In this document: positions 1 to 10,908 of the stretch, piece by piece | How the letters are laid out: each line of letters begins with the position of its first letter | How positions within the stretch are numbered: position 1 is the stretch's first letter | Origin: Candidatus Nomurabacteria bacterium GW2011_GWE1_32_28 | Lineage (GTDB): Bacteria > Patescibacteriota > Minisyncoccia > Phycocordibacterales > UBA9973 | DNA: 64,000 nt | NCBI GenBank assembly: GCA_000989515.1 | Contig: LBOM01000003.1 | Location: forward strand, 15,411 to 79,410 | Direction of reading: 5' to 3' | The notes under the pieces: model-generated | Database searches by the model: none | The model's input: only the letters and a program-made list of their open reading frames with translations | Told to the model about the DNA's origin: nothing | Program-made: the position numbers and the translations under genes

Positions 1-22
1 AAACAAACCCTCATCTAGTAGT

Positions 23-379
23 GTGGAAAATCCTTATGAATCAGAAATAATTTCTCGAAACGGAATTCACTGGCATCCTGAGCTTTCTATATATATAAAA
101 GGAGAAAAAGTAGAAATCCCCGCAAATATTGGACTTGGTGCGGTTCATAATCCAATTCACACTCACGACGAAGATTCACAGTTAGGAGTTATCCATTTGG
201 AGTTTTCATCAGTAGTTCGAGGTAGAGATACTAAACTCAGTGAGTTTTTCAAAATTTGGAATAAGGATATAAACTCTTTCGGTTCAAATATAAGGATGAC
301 AGTAAATGGTGTAGATAAATTGGATTTTGGGAATTATTATATGAAAGATGGAGACAAGATAGTGCTCAATTATGATTAA
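23..379 (+). CDS. hypothetical small His-rich protein (HWHPE, HNPIHTHDED); possible periplasmic metal-binding protein
   Basis: complete 118-aa ORF; ATG at 23 preceded by in-frame stop; co-oriented and tightly spaced with the HMA-membrane gene; no family recognised by eye. Confidence 0.4.
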   Translation: MENPYESEIISRNGIHWHPELSIYIKGEKVEIPANIGLGAVHNPIHTHDEDSQLGVIHLEFSSVVRGRDTKLSEFFKIWNKDINSFGSNIRMTVNGVDKLDFGNYYMKDGDKIVLNYD

Positions 380-402
380 AATAAATATTAACTTATAAAA
401 CA

Positions 403-1410
403 ATGAAAAATTACAAATTTTATGTAACTGGAACACACTGCGCATCATGTAAAATCTTGATAGAAGATATTTTGAATGAGCAGTCTTTTGTTGTTAAATC
501 AAATGTAAATCTAAAAAATGAGACCGTAGATGTTGAAATGAATACTGAACAGAACATAGACGAAATCGCAACCATTCTTGCAGATAAAATTAAACCCAAT
601 GGATACTCTTTGTCGGTTGAAAAAAAACTTAATAAAAATAAAGAAGATGATGTTATTTGGAAAGCTATACCTATTGGTTTAGTTTTTCTTGTCTTATTTT
701 TCATATTACAAAAATCAGGAATTCTCAATTTAGGTATTGGAGGTAAGACTACTCCAATGACAAGTTTTATCGTTGGTCTTATTGCATCTGTTTCAAGTTG
801 TCTTGCGATTGTCGGTGGTCTAGTATTATCTCTTTCTGCGAAAATCTCTGAAGATAATATAAGCGATACTAAAACTTTCATACTTTTTCATACTGGTAGA
901 TTAGTCAGCTTTGCTCTTTTGGGTGGAGTTTTAGGACTTATAGGTAATGCTATTGGTATAAGTTTCACATTCTCAGCAATACTAGGTATTGTGGCTTCAA
1001 TCGTTATGCTACTACTTGGCTTAAATTTAGTAGGAGTTTTTAAAAAGAGTAATGTTACATTACCTTCAGGTGTTTTTAATTTCTTTAGAAAGGTTGAACA
1101 TAAAACTTTAACTCCTCTTATTATAGGATTTGCCACATTCTTCTTACCATGTGGATTTACACAGGCTATGCAAGTAGCAGCTATTTCAAGTGGATCTTTT
1201 ATGTCTGGATTATTGATTATGTTTGCATTTGCTCTTGGAACATTACCAGTGCTTTCAATTCTATCTTTTGGATCGGCATCTTTTGCGCATGGTAAACATG
1301 CACCATTATTCTTTAAATCTGCGGGAGTTGTTGTCGTAGGTCTTGGTATATTTGCTTTACTCGCAGGGCTAGCAGGTCTCGGTGTTATAAATCCATTATT
1401 TAATATTTAA
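403..1410 (+). CDS. heavy-metal-associated (HMA) domain fused to polytopic membrane protein (DsbD_2/CcdA- or TauE-like)
   Basis: N-terminal GTHCASCK matches GMxCxxC metal-binding motif; multiple hydrophobic helices; FLPCGF motif in membrane part. Confidence 0.6.
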   Translation: MKNYKFYVTGTHCASCKILIEDILNEQSFVVKSNVNLKNETVDVEMNTEQNIDEIATILADKIKPNGYSLSVEKKLNKNKEDDVIWKAIPIGLVFLVLFFILQKSGILNLGIGGKTTPMTSFIVGLIASVSSCLAIVGGLVLSLSAKISEDNISDTKTFILFHTGRLVSFALLGGVLGLIGNAIGISFTFSAILGIVASIVMLLLGLNLVGVFKKSNVTLPSGVFNFFRKVEHKTLTPLIIGFATFFLPCGFTQAMQVAAISSGSFMSGLLIMFAFALGTLPVLSILSFGSASFAHGKHAPLFFKSAGVVVVGLGIFALLAGLAGLGVINPLFNI

Positions 1411-1428
1411 TTTTGATATAATTACTTT

Positions 1429-1818
1429 ATGAACAAAACAGTTTCAATAATCATTACGCTAGGTCTTATTGTTGCCATAGGTATTGTTTTAACAGGTGGA
1501 TCAACAACAAAAGACTCTAGTAAAATAATTCAAAATACCGAGATAAAAGAAGGGATACAATACATAACAATTGATGCTAAGGGTGGGTATTCTCCACAAC
1601 TAAGTAATGCTAAAGCAGGTATTCCTACAAAATTAATTGTAAAAACAAGCGGTACATACGACTGTTCAGCTTCTTTGGTTATTAAATCAATTAATTATCA
1701 AAAAATTCTCTCTCAATCAGCAGAAGAAATAATTGATATCGGCATACCTAAAGTTGGTGAGCCACTCAGGGGAACTTGTGGTATGGGAATGTATAATTTT
1801 GAAATAGATTTCAGTTAA
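1429..1818 (+). CDS. cupredoxin-like domain protein, N-terminally membrane anchored
   Basis: N-terminal TM segment; YDCSASL and GTCGMGMY Cys/Met motifs typical of the small cupredoxin-like family found next to HMA-membrane proteins. Confidence 0.5.
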   Translation: MNKTVSIIITLGLIVAIGIVLTGGSTTKDSSKIIQNTEIKEGIQYITIDAKGGYSPQLSNAKAGIPTKLIVKTSGTYDCSASLVIKSINYQKILSQSAEEIIDIGIPKVGEPLRGTCGMGMYNFEIDFS

Positions 1819-1854
1819 GAAAAAAGAACGACAATTGTCGTTCTTTTTTCTTAA
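1815..1854. terminator. 40-bp perfect palindrome ttaagaaaaaagaacgacaa|ttgtcgttcttttttcttaa, bidirectional intrinsic terminator
   Basis: two halves are exact reverse complements; A-run/T-run flanks; lies between convergent cupredoxin gene (+) and tRNA-Ser (-). Confidence 0.7.
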
Positions 1855-1920
1855 CATTTAGGTTTGTGGGTCGCACTTAGTACATAACTAAATGGGTCAT
1901 CAAAACTAACAGGTTGTCAA

Positions 1921-2007
1921 TGCGGAGGCGGAGAGATTCGAACTCTCGGTGGGTTTCCCCACACAGACTTTCCAGGTCTGCGCACTAGACCGCTATGCGA
2001 CGCCTCC
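1921..2007 (-). tRNA. tRNA-Ser (anticodon GGA), class II with long variable arm
   Basis: reverse complement reads GGAGGCG..CAGAC-CTGGAAA-GTCTG..GAGTTCGAATCTC..CGCCTCCG; anticodon loop CUGGAAA; G73 discriminator; CCA not encoded. Confidence 0.8.
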
Positions 2008-2021
2008 AAATTTAAAATATA

Positions 2022-2555
2022 TTAAATTTTTACTTCTACTAAAGAAGAACTATTTTTAACCAACAGAGAATCTTCAGTTAAAAGCCATTTATTTATTAAC
2101 GGACTCAGGGTAACTGCAAAACCGATATTTCCTAACAAATGAAGGAGAGTAAATGGTATTTGCATAAAAAGAGCATTAACCATATTTTGTCCGAAAAATG
2201 GAGCAAACAAAACACCAGTCACTATGTCATAAAAAATTGTGGCAAAAAATGAAAAAATAGCAAAATGAAAAATTGAAGTCTTAAATTTATTAAAATAAAA
2301 AAATGAAACAAGACCAACAAATCCATAAGTAAAAGCTGTTATCCAAGTCCAAGATCCTAAATTGGTAAAAGAATCATAAATAATAATACTTAAAAACCCA
2401 AATAAAAAGCCTTGTATTGCACCATTTTTACGCCCTATAGGCATTATAGAAGCCATTATAGGCTCAACATTTGGAGCCCTTAAAGGCAACAGTCTAAATA
2501 ATAGACAGCCAACAAATATAGTAAAAGTTTTAAATTTATTTGTCATATCTCGCAT
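2022..2555 (-). CDS. small polytopic membrane protein (possibly ECF-transporter S-component-like)
   Basis: 177 aa, about 5 hydrophobic helices; identity guessed from size and topology only. Confidence 0.3.
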   Translation of the reverse strand: MRDMTNKFKTFTIFVGCLLFRLLPLRAPNVEPIMASIMPIGRKNGAIQGFLFGFLSIIIYDSFTNLGSWTWITAFTYGFVGLVSFFYFNKFKTSIFHFAIFSFFATIFYDIVTGVLFAPFFGQNMVNALFMQIPFTLLHLLGNIGFAVTLSPLINKWLLTEDSLLVKNSSSLVEVKI

Positions 2556-2561
2556 GGAATT

Positions 2562-4619
<2,058 letters not shown>

Positions 4620-5072
4620 TTAATAAGTTAATTCAATTTGTCTTTCAACTGTATTATTTCCTGGTATACATCCATCATTATATCCTTTAGAAATAATAGT
4701 AGTCATTGTTGGATCGGTTTTATCAACAGTCACAAGTGCACAAGCATTATCAGACCCTCCTAAACCAGCAACATTAAAAGTCCAAACTTTCGATGGAGAT
4801 TCTGTTGTAGATATAGAGATATTATTACAAGAGAAAGTAGGAGCAGTCGATTCTAAAAAAAGATTAGACACTCTATCATGAAAAAGAGCACACTCAGATC
4901 CTACATCAGCTGCAAAAAATGCATTATTTGTATCTTTTACTGAAGTACTAAACTTAATTTCTTTATATGCAATATCTACAACACCTAAAGTTATAGCTAA
5001 AATAATACTAGACAACATAACAGCAAAAAGTATTACAAAACCTTTATTCTTTTTTATTTTTTCTTTTTGCAT
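4620..5072 (-). CDS. pilin-like protein with non-canonical N-terminus (KKNKG|FVILF, no Glu+5)
   Basis: N-terminus and 30 bp of 5' DNA nearly identical to gene 5112-5702; hydrophobic helix after Gly; could be PilX/GspK-like minor pilin. Confidence 0.4.
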   Translation of the reverse strand: MQKEKIKKNKGFVILFAVMLSSIILAITLGVVDIAYKEIKFSTSVKDTNNAFFAADVGSECALFHDRVSNLFLESTAPTFSCNNISISTTESPSKVWTFNVAGLGGSDNACALVTVDKTDPTMTTIISKGYNDGCIPGNNTVERQIELTY

Positions 5073-5111
5073 TTTAATTCGTAATTTGTAATTATTGGTT
5101 CATAATTATTT

Positions 5112-5702
5112 CTATTTTATCCAATTAAATAAATTTTCTGAAAAAGTCACATTATAAGTTCCTGATCCTTGAGTCCATTCAACCTCAGAATATATTTTTA
5201 TTTCTTTATCTTGATCTATTACATTTACCCAAATTTTACGAGTAAAACCAGAATCTGAACCAGTTAAATTAGTATTATAATTTCCATTATCTAAATATAC
5301 TTTACAAATATCAGGGTCAGAAGTACATTTTTCAATAAAATTCGAGTCAAGTGGAATATAAAGTGAAGTATTAAAACCACATTCACCACCACTCGAATTA
5401 CATGAGACTAGTTTAGTTCTAAAATTACCCCAAGCATTATTTACTCCAGTCAAAGCATAAGTGTCACGCATGTTTCTAATATATTCAATACCCTCTTGTG
5501 CTAAATACCCTGCTATATTTTTATTATTAGCAAAACGTGTATTAGAAATACTACTGCCTAAAATAGACATCAATGATATTAAAGAGATAGTAAAAATAGC
5601 AATAGCAACAAGTGTCTCAACTAATGTGAAACCACCTGAAACTTTCTTTAAAAAATCCTGCTGAGTAAAAGCTTTATTCTTTTTTATTTTATCTTTTTGC
5701 AT
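5112..5702 (-). CDS. type IV minor pilin / pseudopilin (prepilin-type N-terminal cleavage/methylation domain)
   Basis: leader ...KKVSGG|FTLVETLVAIAIF (G-1, F+1, E+5). Confidence 0.65.
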   Translation of the reverse strand: MQKDKIKKNKAFTQQDFLKKVSGGFTLVETLVAIAIFTISLISLMSILGSSISNTRFANNKNIAGYLAQEGIEYIRNMRDTYALTGVNNAWGNFRTKLVSCNSSGGECGFNTSLYIPLDSNFIEKCTSDPDICKVYLDNGNYNTNLTGSDSGFTRKIWVNVIDQDKEIKIYSEVEWTQGSGTYNVTFSENLFNWIK

Positions 5703-5738
5703 TTTAATTCGTAACTCATAATTATCAATTCGTAATTT

Positions 5739-6287
5739 TTAATTTATATCCAATAAACGCTGAGAAACTGAAGTCTGTAAAGAAAAAGGTGTTAGAGAAC
5801 CATCACTCTCTGTTATCGCCCCAGACAACATAATCGTTACTAATGGTTGTTGTGTATCTGGTGTACTAAATGGTTCTGCACCAACCACAACAAAACCAGA
5901 ATTGTTTATTTTTACTTCAGAAGGAGTAAGTTCTGTATCTACTCCAGAAATAGATCTGAAAATAGCATTACCACTTATTCTGTAACTCCATGCTGTAGAA
6001 TCAGAAGATATAAAAGATAATGTTGTTCCACCACTTGAACAATTTGGTCCTCTATCACAACTATAATTAGATCCTGTTCGTATGTTTCTAGACATATCTT
6101 CCATAATAAAATTTAAATTATCTACAATTGAACGTTTATTTTGTGATTTCTTGTGAAGCGCATTTGCGTTTAAAAGAGCCCCCATACCTATCGTAATAAT
6201 AATAAGAAACAAAGAAATAGCTATCATTGTTTCTATTATTGTATAACCAGTATTTTTTGATTTTTTAATTTGTCTTTTATAATTCAT
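5739..6287 (-). CDS. type IV minor pilin / pseudopilin
   Basis: leader MNYKRQIKKSKNTG|YTIIETMIAISLF. Confidence 0.65.
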   Translation of the reverse strand: MNYKRQIKKSKNTGYTIIETMIAISLFLIIITIGMGALLNANALHKKSQNKRSIVDNLNFIMEDMSRNIRTGSNYSCDRGPNCSSGGTTLSFISSDSTAWSYRISGNAIFRSISGVDTELTPSEVKINNSGFVVVGAEPFSTPDTQQPLVTIMLSGAITESDGSLTPFSLQTSVSQRLLDIN

Positions 6288-6292
6288 AATTT

Positions 6293-6925
6293 TTAATTAA
6301 TTTGAATTCTACCTGAAGGATAAATCTTGATATATCCTGGATTGACTGAATCATCCGAAGAATAAACAGTAATCCGCACATACACAGAACTAGTAATTGT
6401 AATTGAAGTATTATCTGAATAACTAAAAGTTGCTCCAGAGTTTGGTCTTTTAAAAGTAATGGATAAAGGGTCTTCGATTAAATCAGGATTAGAACAATCC
6501 ACCGTTGTGCAACTTTCTATTTTATATTTATTTCCTTTGGTAATAATAATATCATTTAAACATTCACCACTACAGATTAAGCTACTAAAAAAATTACTAT
6601 TATTAAGATCCACAAAATAAATAAAATGTTGAGGACTATCTGGATCAAAATAAACTCCATAAGCAGGTTTCCAGTTTAAGATTGAATTCTTGCCTGATGG
6701 TGGTAATTTACCAGAGACAGAAGATTTTTGTGCCTCCACTATTTTTAATGCAACATCATTTGATAAAACCCTTATATCTATATTAGATTCAAAACCTTTA
6801 TAATTAAAAAGAACAACAGAACTCATTACAGAAAAAATACTTAAAACTACTATAAGCTCCACATATGTCATACCAGCCTGACAATTACGAATTACGAATT
6901 TAAAATTACGAATTTTTTTTATCAT
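6293..6925 (-). CDS. pilin-like protein; 18-aa leader MIKKIRNFKFVIRNCQAG then MTYVELIVVLSIF
   Basis: class-III signal-peptide architecture (Gly-1, E+5); the leader codons are themselves made of the AATTCGTAATT motif. Confidence 0.5.
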   Translation of the reverse strand: MIKKIRNFKFVIRNCQAGMTYVELIVVLSIFSVMSSVVLFNYKGFESNIDIRVLSNDVALKIVEAQKSSVSGKLPPSGKNSILNWKPAYGVYFDPDSPQHFIYFVDLNNSNFFSSLICSGECLNDIIITKGNKYKIESCTTVDCSNPDLIEDPLSITFKRPNSGATFSYSDNTSITITSSVYVRITVYSSDDSVNPGYIKIYPSGRIQIN

Positions 6926-6931
6926 TTTTAT

Positions 6932-7723
6932 TTAAAAACCAATTGGGAAAAGATGTAATTCAAAAAGAAATGCTATAAACACCCCCAAGACTAGAAAAGG
7001 AGCAAAGGGAATCTCTGTTTTCAATCCATTCTTTTTTGAGAAAACAATAAGTATAAGACCTACTATTGCTCCAGACCAAAAAGCTACGACTGCACCAGAT
7101 AATATTCTACTATATCCAAGAAGCCATCCGAGCCCAAGCGAGAGCTTTGCATCTCCAAGTCCCATCCACGTACCTTTTGAAACAAGCCACAAAAATGCAA
7201 AAGGTAATGCCAAAAATAAACCAGATAAAAGTTCCAAAACTGTTGGAATATGAGGATAAAATAAATAATTAGAAAAGAAAAATAATCCAACAAAAGTCAC
7301 AATACCAAAAATAAGAGAAAAGATGTCTGGTATTATTTTATGCTTAAAATCATAAACAGCTATAATTAAAAGCACAGAAAACATCACAGCATAATATGCA
7401 TAAGAAATACTAAAAACAAGTGTATTCAAATAAAATATATCTTGAAACTTTAAAAAAATACCAGCAAAAATAAGACCAGTTATAAGCTCAACTATGGGAT
7501 ATTGAATTGAAATCTTTGACTTACAACCAAGACATTTTCCCTTTATAAACAAAAAACTAAACAAAGGTATAAGTTCATACCAAGAAAGTTTTTTCTGACA
7601 AGTCATACAACCACTTCTCCCATTAAAAGAACGTCCAGTATTAAATCTTAGAATAACAACATTCAAAAAACTCCCAATAATAATACCTAACCCGAAAAAT
7701 ATAATTGTTATAATAGATGTCAT
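6932..7723 (-). CDS. pilD: prepilin peptidase (A24 family)
   Basis: 263 aa; polytopic; N-terminal CxxC...CxxC zinc finger (CMTCQKK...CLGCKSK) typical of PilD. Confidence 0.85.
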   Translation of the reverse strand: MTSIITIIFFGLGIIIGSFLNVVILRFNTGRSFNGRSGCMTCQKKLSWYELIPLFSFLFIKGKCLGCKSKISIQYPIVELITGLIFAGIFLKFQDIFYLNTLVFSISYAYYAVMFSVLLIIAVYDFKHKIIPDIFSLIFGIVTFVGLFFFSNYLFYPHIPTVLELLSGLFLALPFAFLWLVSKGTWMGLGDAKLSLGLGWLLGYSRILSGAVVAFWSGAIVGLILIVFSKKNGLKTEIPFAPFLVLGVFIAFLFELHLFPIGF

Positions 7724-7733
7724 AAAATTTTGA

Positions 7734-8222
7734 TTAATTACAGAGATGAGTGGTGCTATTAATAACTAATGATGGAATACCATTTACTAATCTTGCTGCA
7801 CCTGTCACATCAACACACCAAGAAGTACTTGGTGTCACTCCAACTGCAACAGACCAGATATCTCTAGAATTATAACAATAACTACCATTTCTTCCCCTAC
7901 TAACTGCCTCAGCAATAGAATTAACAACATCTTTATTTCTAGAAAACATATTAGTCCCGGATGCATTATAAACTAAAGGACAAACACCACTAACAGCTAT
8001 GTCACCAGTTGGTAAATAAGTACTATTATTATTTAAATAAAAAATTTCAATAGCAGCTCGAGTTGTTGCTAAATTACTTTTTACTGCTGTTTCTTCACCT
8101 CTTTTTTTAGCATTACTTAAGTACCCAAGAGTAATCGAAGCTAAAAGTCCAATAATAGCAACCACGACTAATAATTCTATAAGGGTAAAACCTTTTTCTT
8201 TTTTTAAATTTATTTTTTTCAT
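7734..8222 (-). CDS. type IV major pilin paralog
   Basis: start chosen at MKKINLKKEKG|FTLIELLVVVAIIG; the ORF-track N-terminal extension overlaps the upstream pilin and is rejected; C-terminal Cys pair. Confidence 0.75.
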   Translation of the reverse strand: MKKINLKKEKGFTLIELLVVVAIIGLLASITLGYLSNAKKRGEETAVKSNLATTRAAIEIFYLNNNSTYLPTGDIAVSGVCPLVYNASGTNMFSRNKDVVNSIAEAVSRGRNGSYCYNSRDIWSVAVGVTPSTSWCVDVTGAARLVNGIPSLVINSTTHLCN

Positions 8223-8245
8223 AATTTTTTTAAAAAAACTTTTTA

Positions 8246-8737
8246 TTATGATGCTGGGCAAGCTGTAGCAGCTGCAGTAAGTAATGTTGTTCTCTGTACA
8301 GATAAACCAGTCCAATCAACACACCAATATGTCCCGGTAGCTTGTTTAAGGGGAGCTTGTGCTACCCATGTTCCAGAAGCAGAATTACAAACAGCAGTTG
8401 TTGTTGTCTCTAGAGTGTTAAACACAACAGTTGACCCTGATGAATTTGCTGCAGCCAAAACATTAGCATATATTCCCTTCACTGCAGGACTACCAACAGA
8501 AGCTGTACTTTGACAAACATCCGTTGCATTTGTGCCCCCATCATACCTATTTCCATTTTCATTATAAAAAAGCTCTGCTTGTGCACGAGCATTCGCTAAG
8601 TTTGCCTTAATAGCAGCGTCTGCACCTTTTGAACGAGCTGTGTTAAGTGACGCCAAAACAACTGAAGCCAAAATACCAATGATAGCGACAACAACCAACA
8701 ACTCAATCAACGTAAAACCTTTTTTAAAATTCTTCAT
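8246..8737 (-). CDS. type IV major pilin (PilA-like)
   Basis: MKNFKKG|FTLIELLVVVAIIG; Ala/Thr/Gly-rich variable region; C-terminal WCVD...C disulfide loop. Confidence 0.8.
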   Translation of the reverse strand: MKNFKKGFTLIELLVVVAIIGILASVVLASLNTARSKGADAAIKANLANARAQAELFYNENGNRYDGGTNATDVCQSTASVGSPAVKGIYANVLAAANSSGSTVVFNTLETTTTAVCNSASGTWVAQAPLKQATGTYWCVDWTGLSVQRTTLLTAAATACPAS

Positions 8738-8901
8738 CCATTTTAGAAATCATACTATCCGTACATATATTTTTATACATAAAGAAAATTGATTTATGTT
8801 ATTTTTATAATTTTTCCCCATTTTTTAAATTTTAAACAGGATTCATAAAAAAATTAATATTATTTAAGACCTTTTTTTATTATACCACTATCAAAAACAA
8901 A

Positions 8902-8940
8902 AACCACCTCGAATCAAAATACGAGATGGTTTTTTATTAT
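8902..8940 (-). terminator. intrinsic terminator downstream of pilin 8970-9455
   Basis: aaccacctcg...cgagatggtt 10-bp stem (1 mismatch) followed by T-run on the gene strand. Confidence 0.5.
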
Positions 8941-8969
8941 CTAAATTATCTAAACAATTTAGACTATTA

Positions 8970-9455
8970 TTACGGGCAAGCTGTCCCAGAAGTAGGTATT
9001 GCTGATGTTTGTTTTGAAACACCTGTTGAGTCAACACACCAAGCTGTGCCGGCAGTAGCTTTCAAAGGAAAAGAAGCTACCCAAGCAGATGTAGTACCTA
9101 TAGTGGAATTACACCAACCTGTTGCCCCAGCTGAAGTAGCAGCTGCTCTAACAGCGGCCTCTATGGTCGTATTATCAAAAAGAGAACCAGCTGTTGGTAC
9201 CCATGCTCCTGTTCCTGAGGCGAGCGCCAAACAACCAGTGGCAGAATTAGCAGCAGTACCATAAGCACCTGGTGTCTCATCATATACGATCTCAGCTTGA
9301 GCACGAATGTTTGCCAAGTTTGCTTTAATAGCAGCATCTGCACCCTTTGCACGAGCAGTGTTTAGTGATGCCAAAACAACTGAAGCCAAAATACCGATGA
9401 TAGCGACAACGACCAACAATTCAATCAACGTAAAACCTTTTTTAAAATTCTTCAT
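8970..9455 (-). CDS. type IV major pilin (PilA-like), paralog of 8246-8737
   Basis: first ~50 aa identical to the neighbouring pilin; divergent C-terminal domain ending in WCVD...C. Confidence 0.8.
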   Translation of the reverse strand: MKNFKKGFTLIELLVVVAIIGILASVVLASLNTARAKGADAAIKANLANIRAQAEIVYDETPGAYGTAANSATGCLALASGTGAWVPTAGSLFDNTTIEAAVRAAATSAGATGWCNSTIGTTSAWVASFPLKATAGTAWCVDSTGVSKQTSAIPTSGTACP

Positions 9456-9654
9456 AATTTTTTCGTTTCATTTTAGATGAAACAATTTATACTAACTTCA
9501 GCCATAGGCTGATCCGCCAATGGCGGAAACTAATAATTTTTTCTCTGCTCTTTGGCAGAAATTTCGACTTTATTTTAATAAATATATTATAACTTTTATT
9601 ATTATATATATGCAAAAAAGTTATCCACACAGTAATATATTATAATAATTAACC

Positions 9655-10863
9655 TTAACTTATACTACTAGACATATTATAAATAGGCATCAAAATAGAA
9701 ACTAAAAGAATACCAACACCTAGACCTAATACTACGATCATTATAGGTTCAATAAGCCCAACCAATGTATCTACAGCATCATCAACTTCTCTTTTATAAA
9801 ATTCAGATAAAGTTTTTAATATTTGACCCAAAGAACCCGTCTCCTCACCAACTTTTATCATTTGAATCATTATTCCTGGAATTTGCTCTCCATGTTTTTC
9901 AAGTGCAGAAGAAAGAGATAAACCTGATTTTACTCCATCTGCTGCTTTTTTTAAAATTTCTTTATATACCTTACTACCAACGACATCTGAAGTTATATCT
10001 ATTGACCTTACTATGGGTATACCAGAGGTAAGCATCGTATCCATATTGTCTGATATTCTCGAAAGATAAAGCTTTTTATATAAGTTACCTACTGCGGGTA
10101 TTGAAAGACGTAAATTATCAAGATATTCTTTTCCTTTTTCTGAAGAAGAAAGTCTCCACAACCATACACCTAAAAGTACAAGAAAAATAATCACAAGGAA
10201 ACCATACTGTACAAAAAAACCAGAAAGACTAATAATCATTTTTGTAAAAATTGGCGGCTCCTGTGCTGAATCTTCAATAATAACTGCAAGTTTTGGAATA
10301 ACAACAACAAACATAAGAGACATAACTACAAAAAATGTAATGACAACAAACAAAGGATAAATAAGTGCATTTTTTGTTTTAGAAGTAATAGCATATTGAC
10401 GATTTAAATAATTTGCTAAATGATCGAATGTTTCATTTAATTTACCAGTCTCCTCTCCAACCCTTACCATATTTATATAAAAATCTGAAAATACATCTGG
10501 ATGTTTTGCTAGTGCACCAGAGATAGAAACACCAGATTGAAGATCATCACTTATTTCAGAAAGCTTTTTTCCTAAAAGCTTATTTTCTGAATTAGAAGAC
10601 AACATGGTAAAAGCTTTCAATGCAGAAACTTGAGATGAAAATAATGTTGAAATTTGACGAGATAAAACAACAACATCTTTCGTTTTTATTTTTCCACCAA
10701 AAGACATAGAAAAAATAGATTTAGACTTACTTTCATCTTCAATTGATATAATAATCAAATCTCTTCTTTGAAGACCACTAATAGCCATATCACGATTTTG
10801 TGCATCTATTTCACCTTCTCTGTTTATTCCTTTATTATCTAATGCTTTATATTTAAATAACAT
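9655..10863 (-). CDS. pilC: type IV pilus assembly platform protein PilC (GspF family)
   Basis: ~400 aa, two GspF repeats, 3 TM segments; ATG at 10863 preferred over the TTG at 10872 used by the ORF track. Confidence 0.9.
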   Translation of the reverse strand: MLFKYKALDNKGINREGEIDAQNRDMAISGLQRRDLIIISIEDESKSKSIFSMSFGGKIKTKDVVVLSRQISTLFSSQVSALKAFTMLSSNSENKLLGKKLSEISDDLQSGVSISGALAKHPDVFSDFYINMVRVGEETGKLNETFDHLANYLNRQYAITSKTKNALIYPLFVVITFFVVMSLMFVVVIPKLAVIIEDSAQEPPIFTKMIISLSGFFVQYGFLVIIFLVLLGVWLWRLSSSEKGKEYLDNLRLSIPAVGNLYKKLYLSRISDNMDTMLTSGIPIVRSIDITSDVVGSKVYKEILKKAADGVKSGLSLSSALEKHGEQIPGIMIQMIKVGEETGSLGQILKTLSEFYKREVDDAVDTLVGLIEPIMIVVLGLGVGILLVSILMPIYNMSSSIS

Positions 10864-10908
10864 AAAAATCAATTTAAAATTACGAATTATGAATTACAAA
10901 TTTAATTA

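Noticed and set aside
420-1136. ORFs 420-881(-) and 888-1136(-) antisense to the HMA-membrane gene
   Set aside because: Fully embedded in the opposite strand of a gene with clear HMA and permease motifs; low-complexity translations
8926-9352. ORFs 8926-9264(+) and 9161-9352(-) overlapping the pilin gene 8970-9455
   Set aside because: Antisense or out-of-frame to a pilin with canonical prepilin N-terminus; the Ala/Pro-rich translation is the usual antisense of an Ala/Thr/Gly-rich gene
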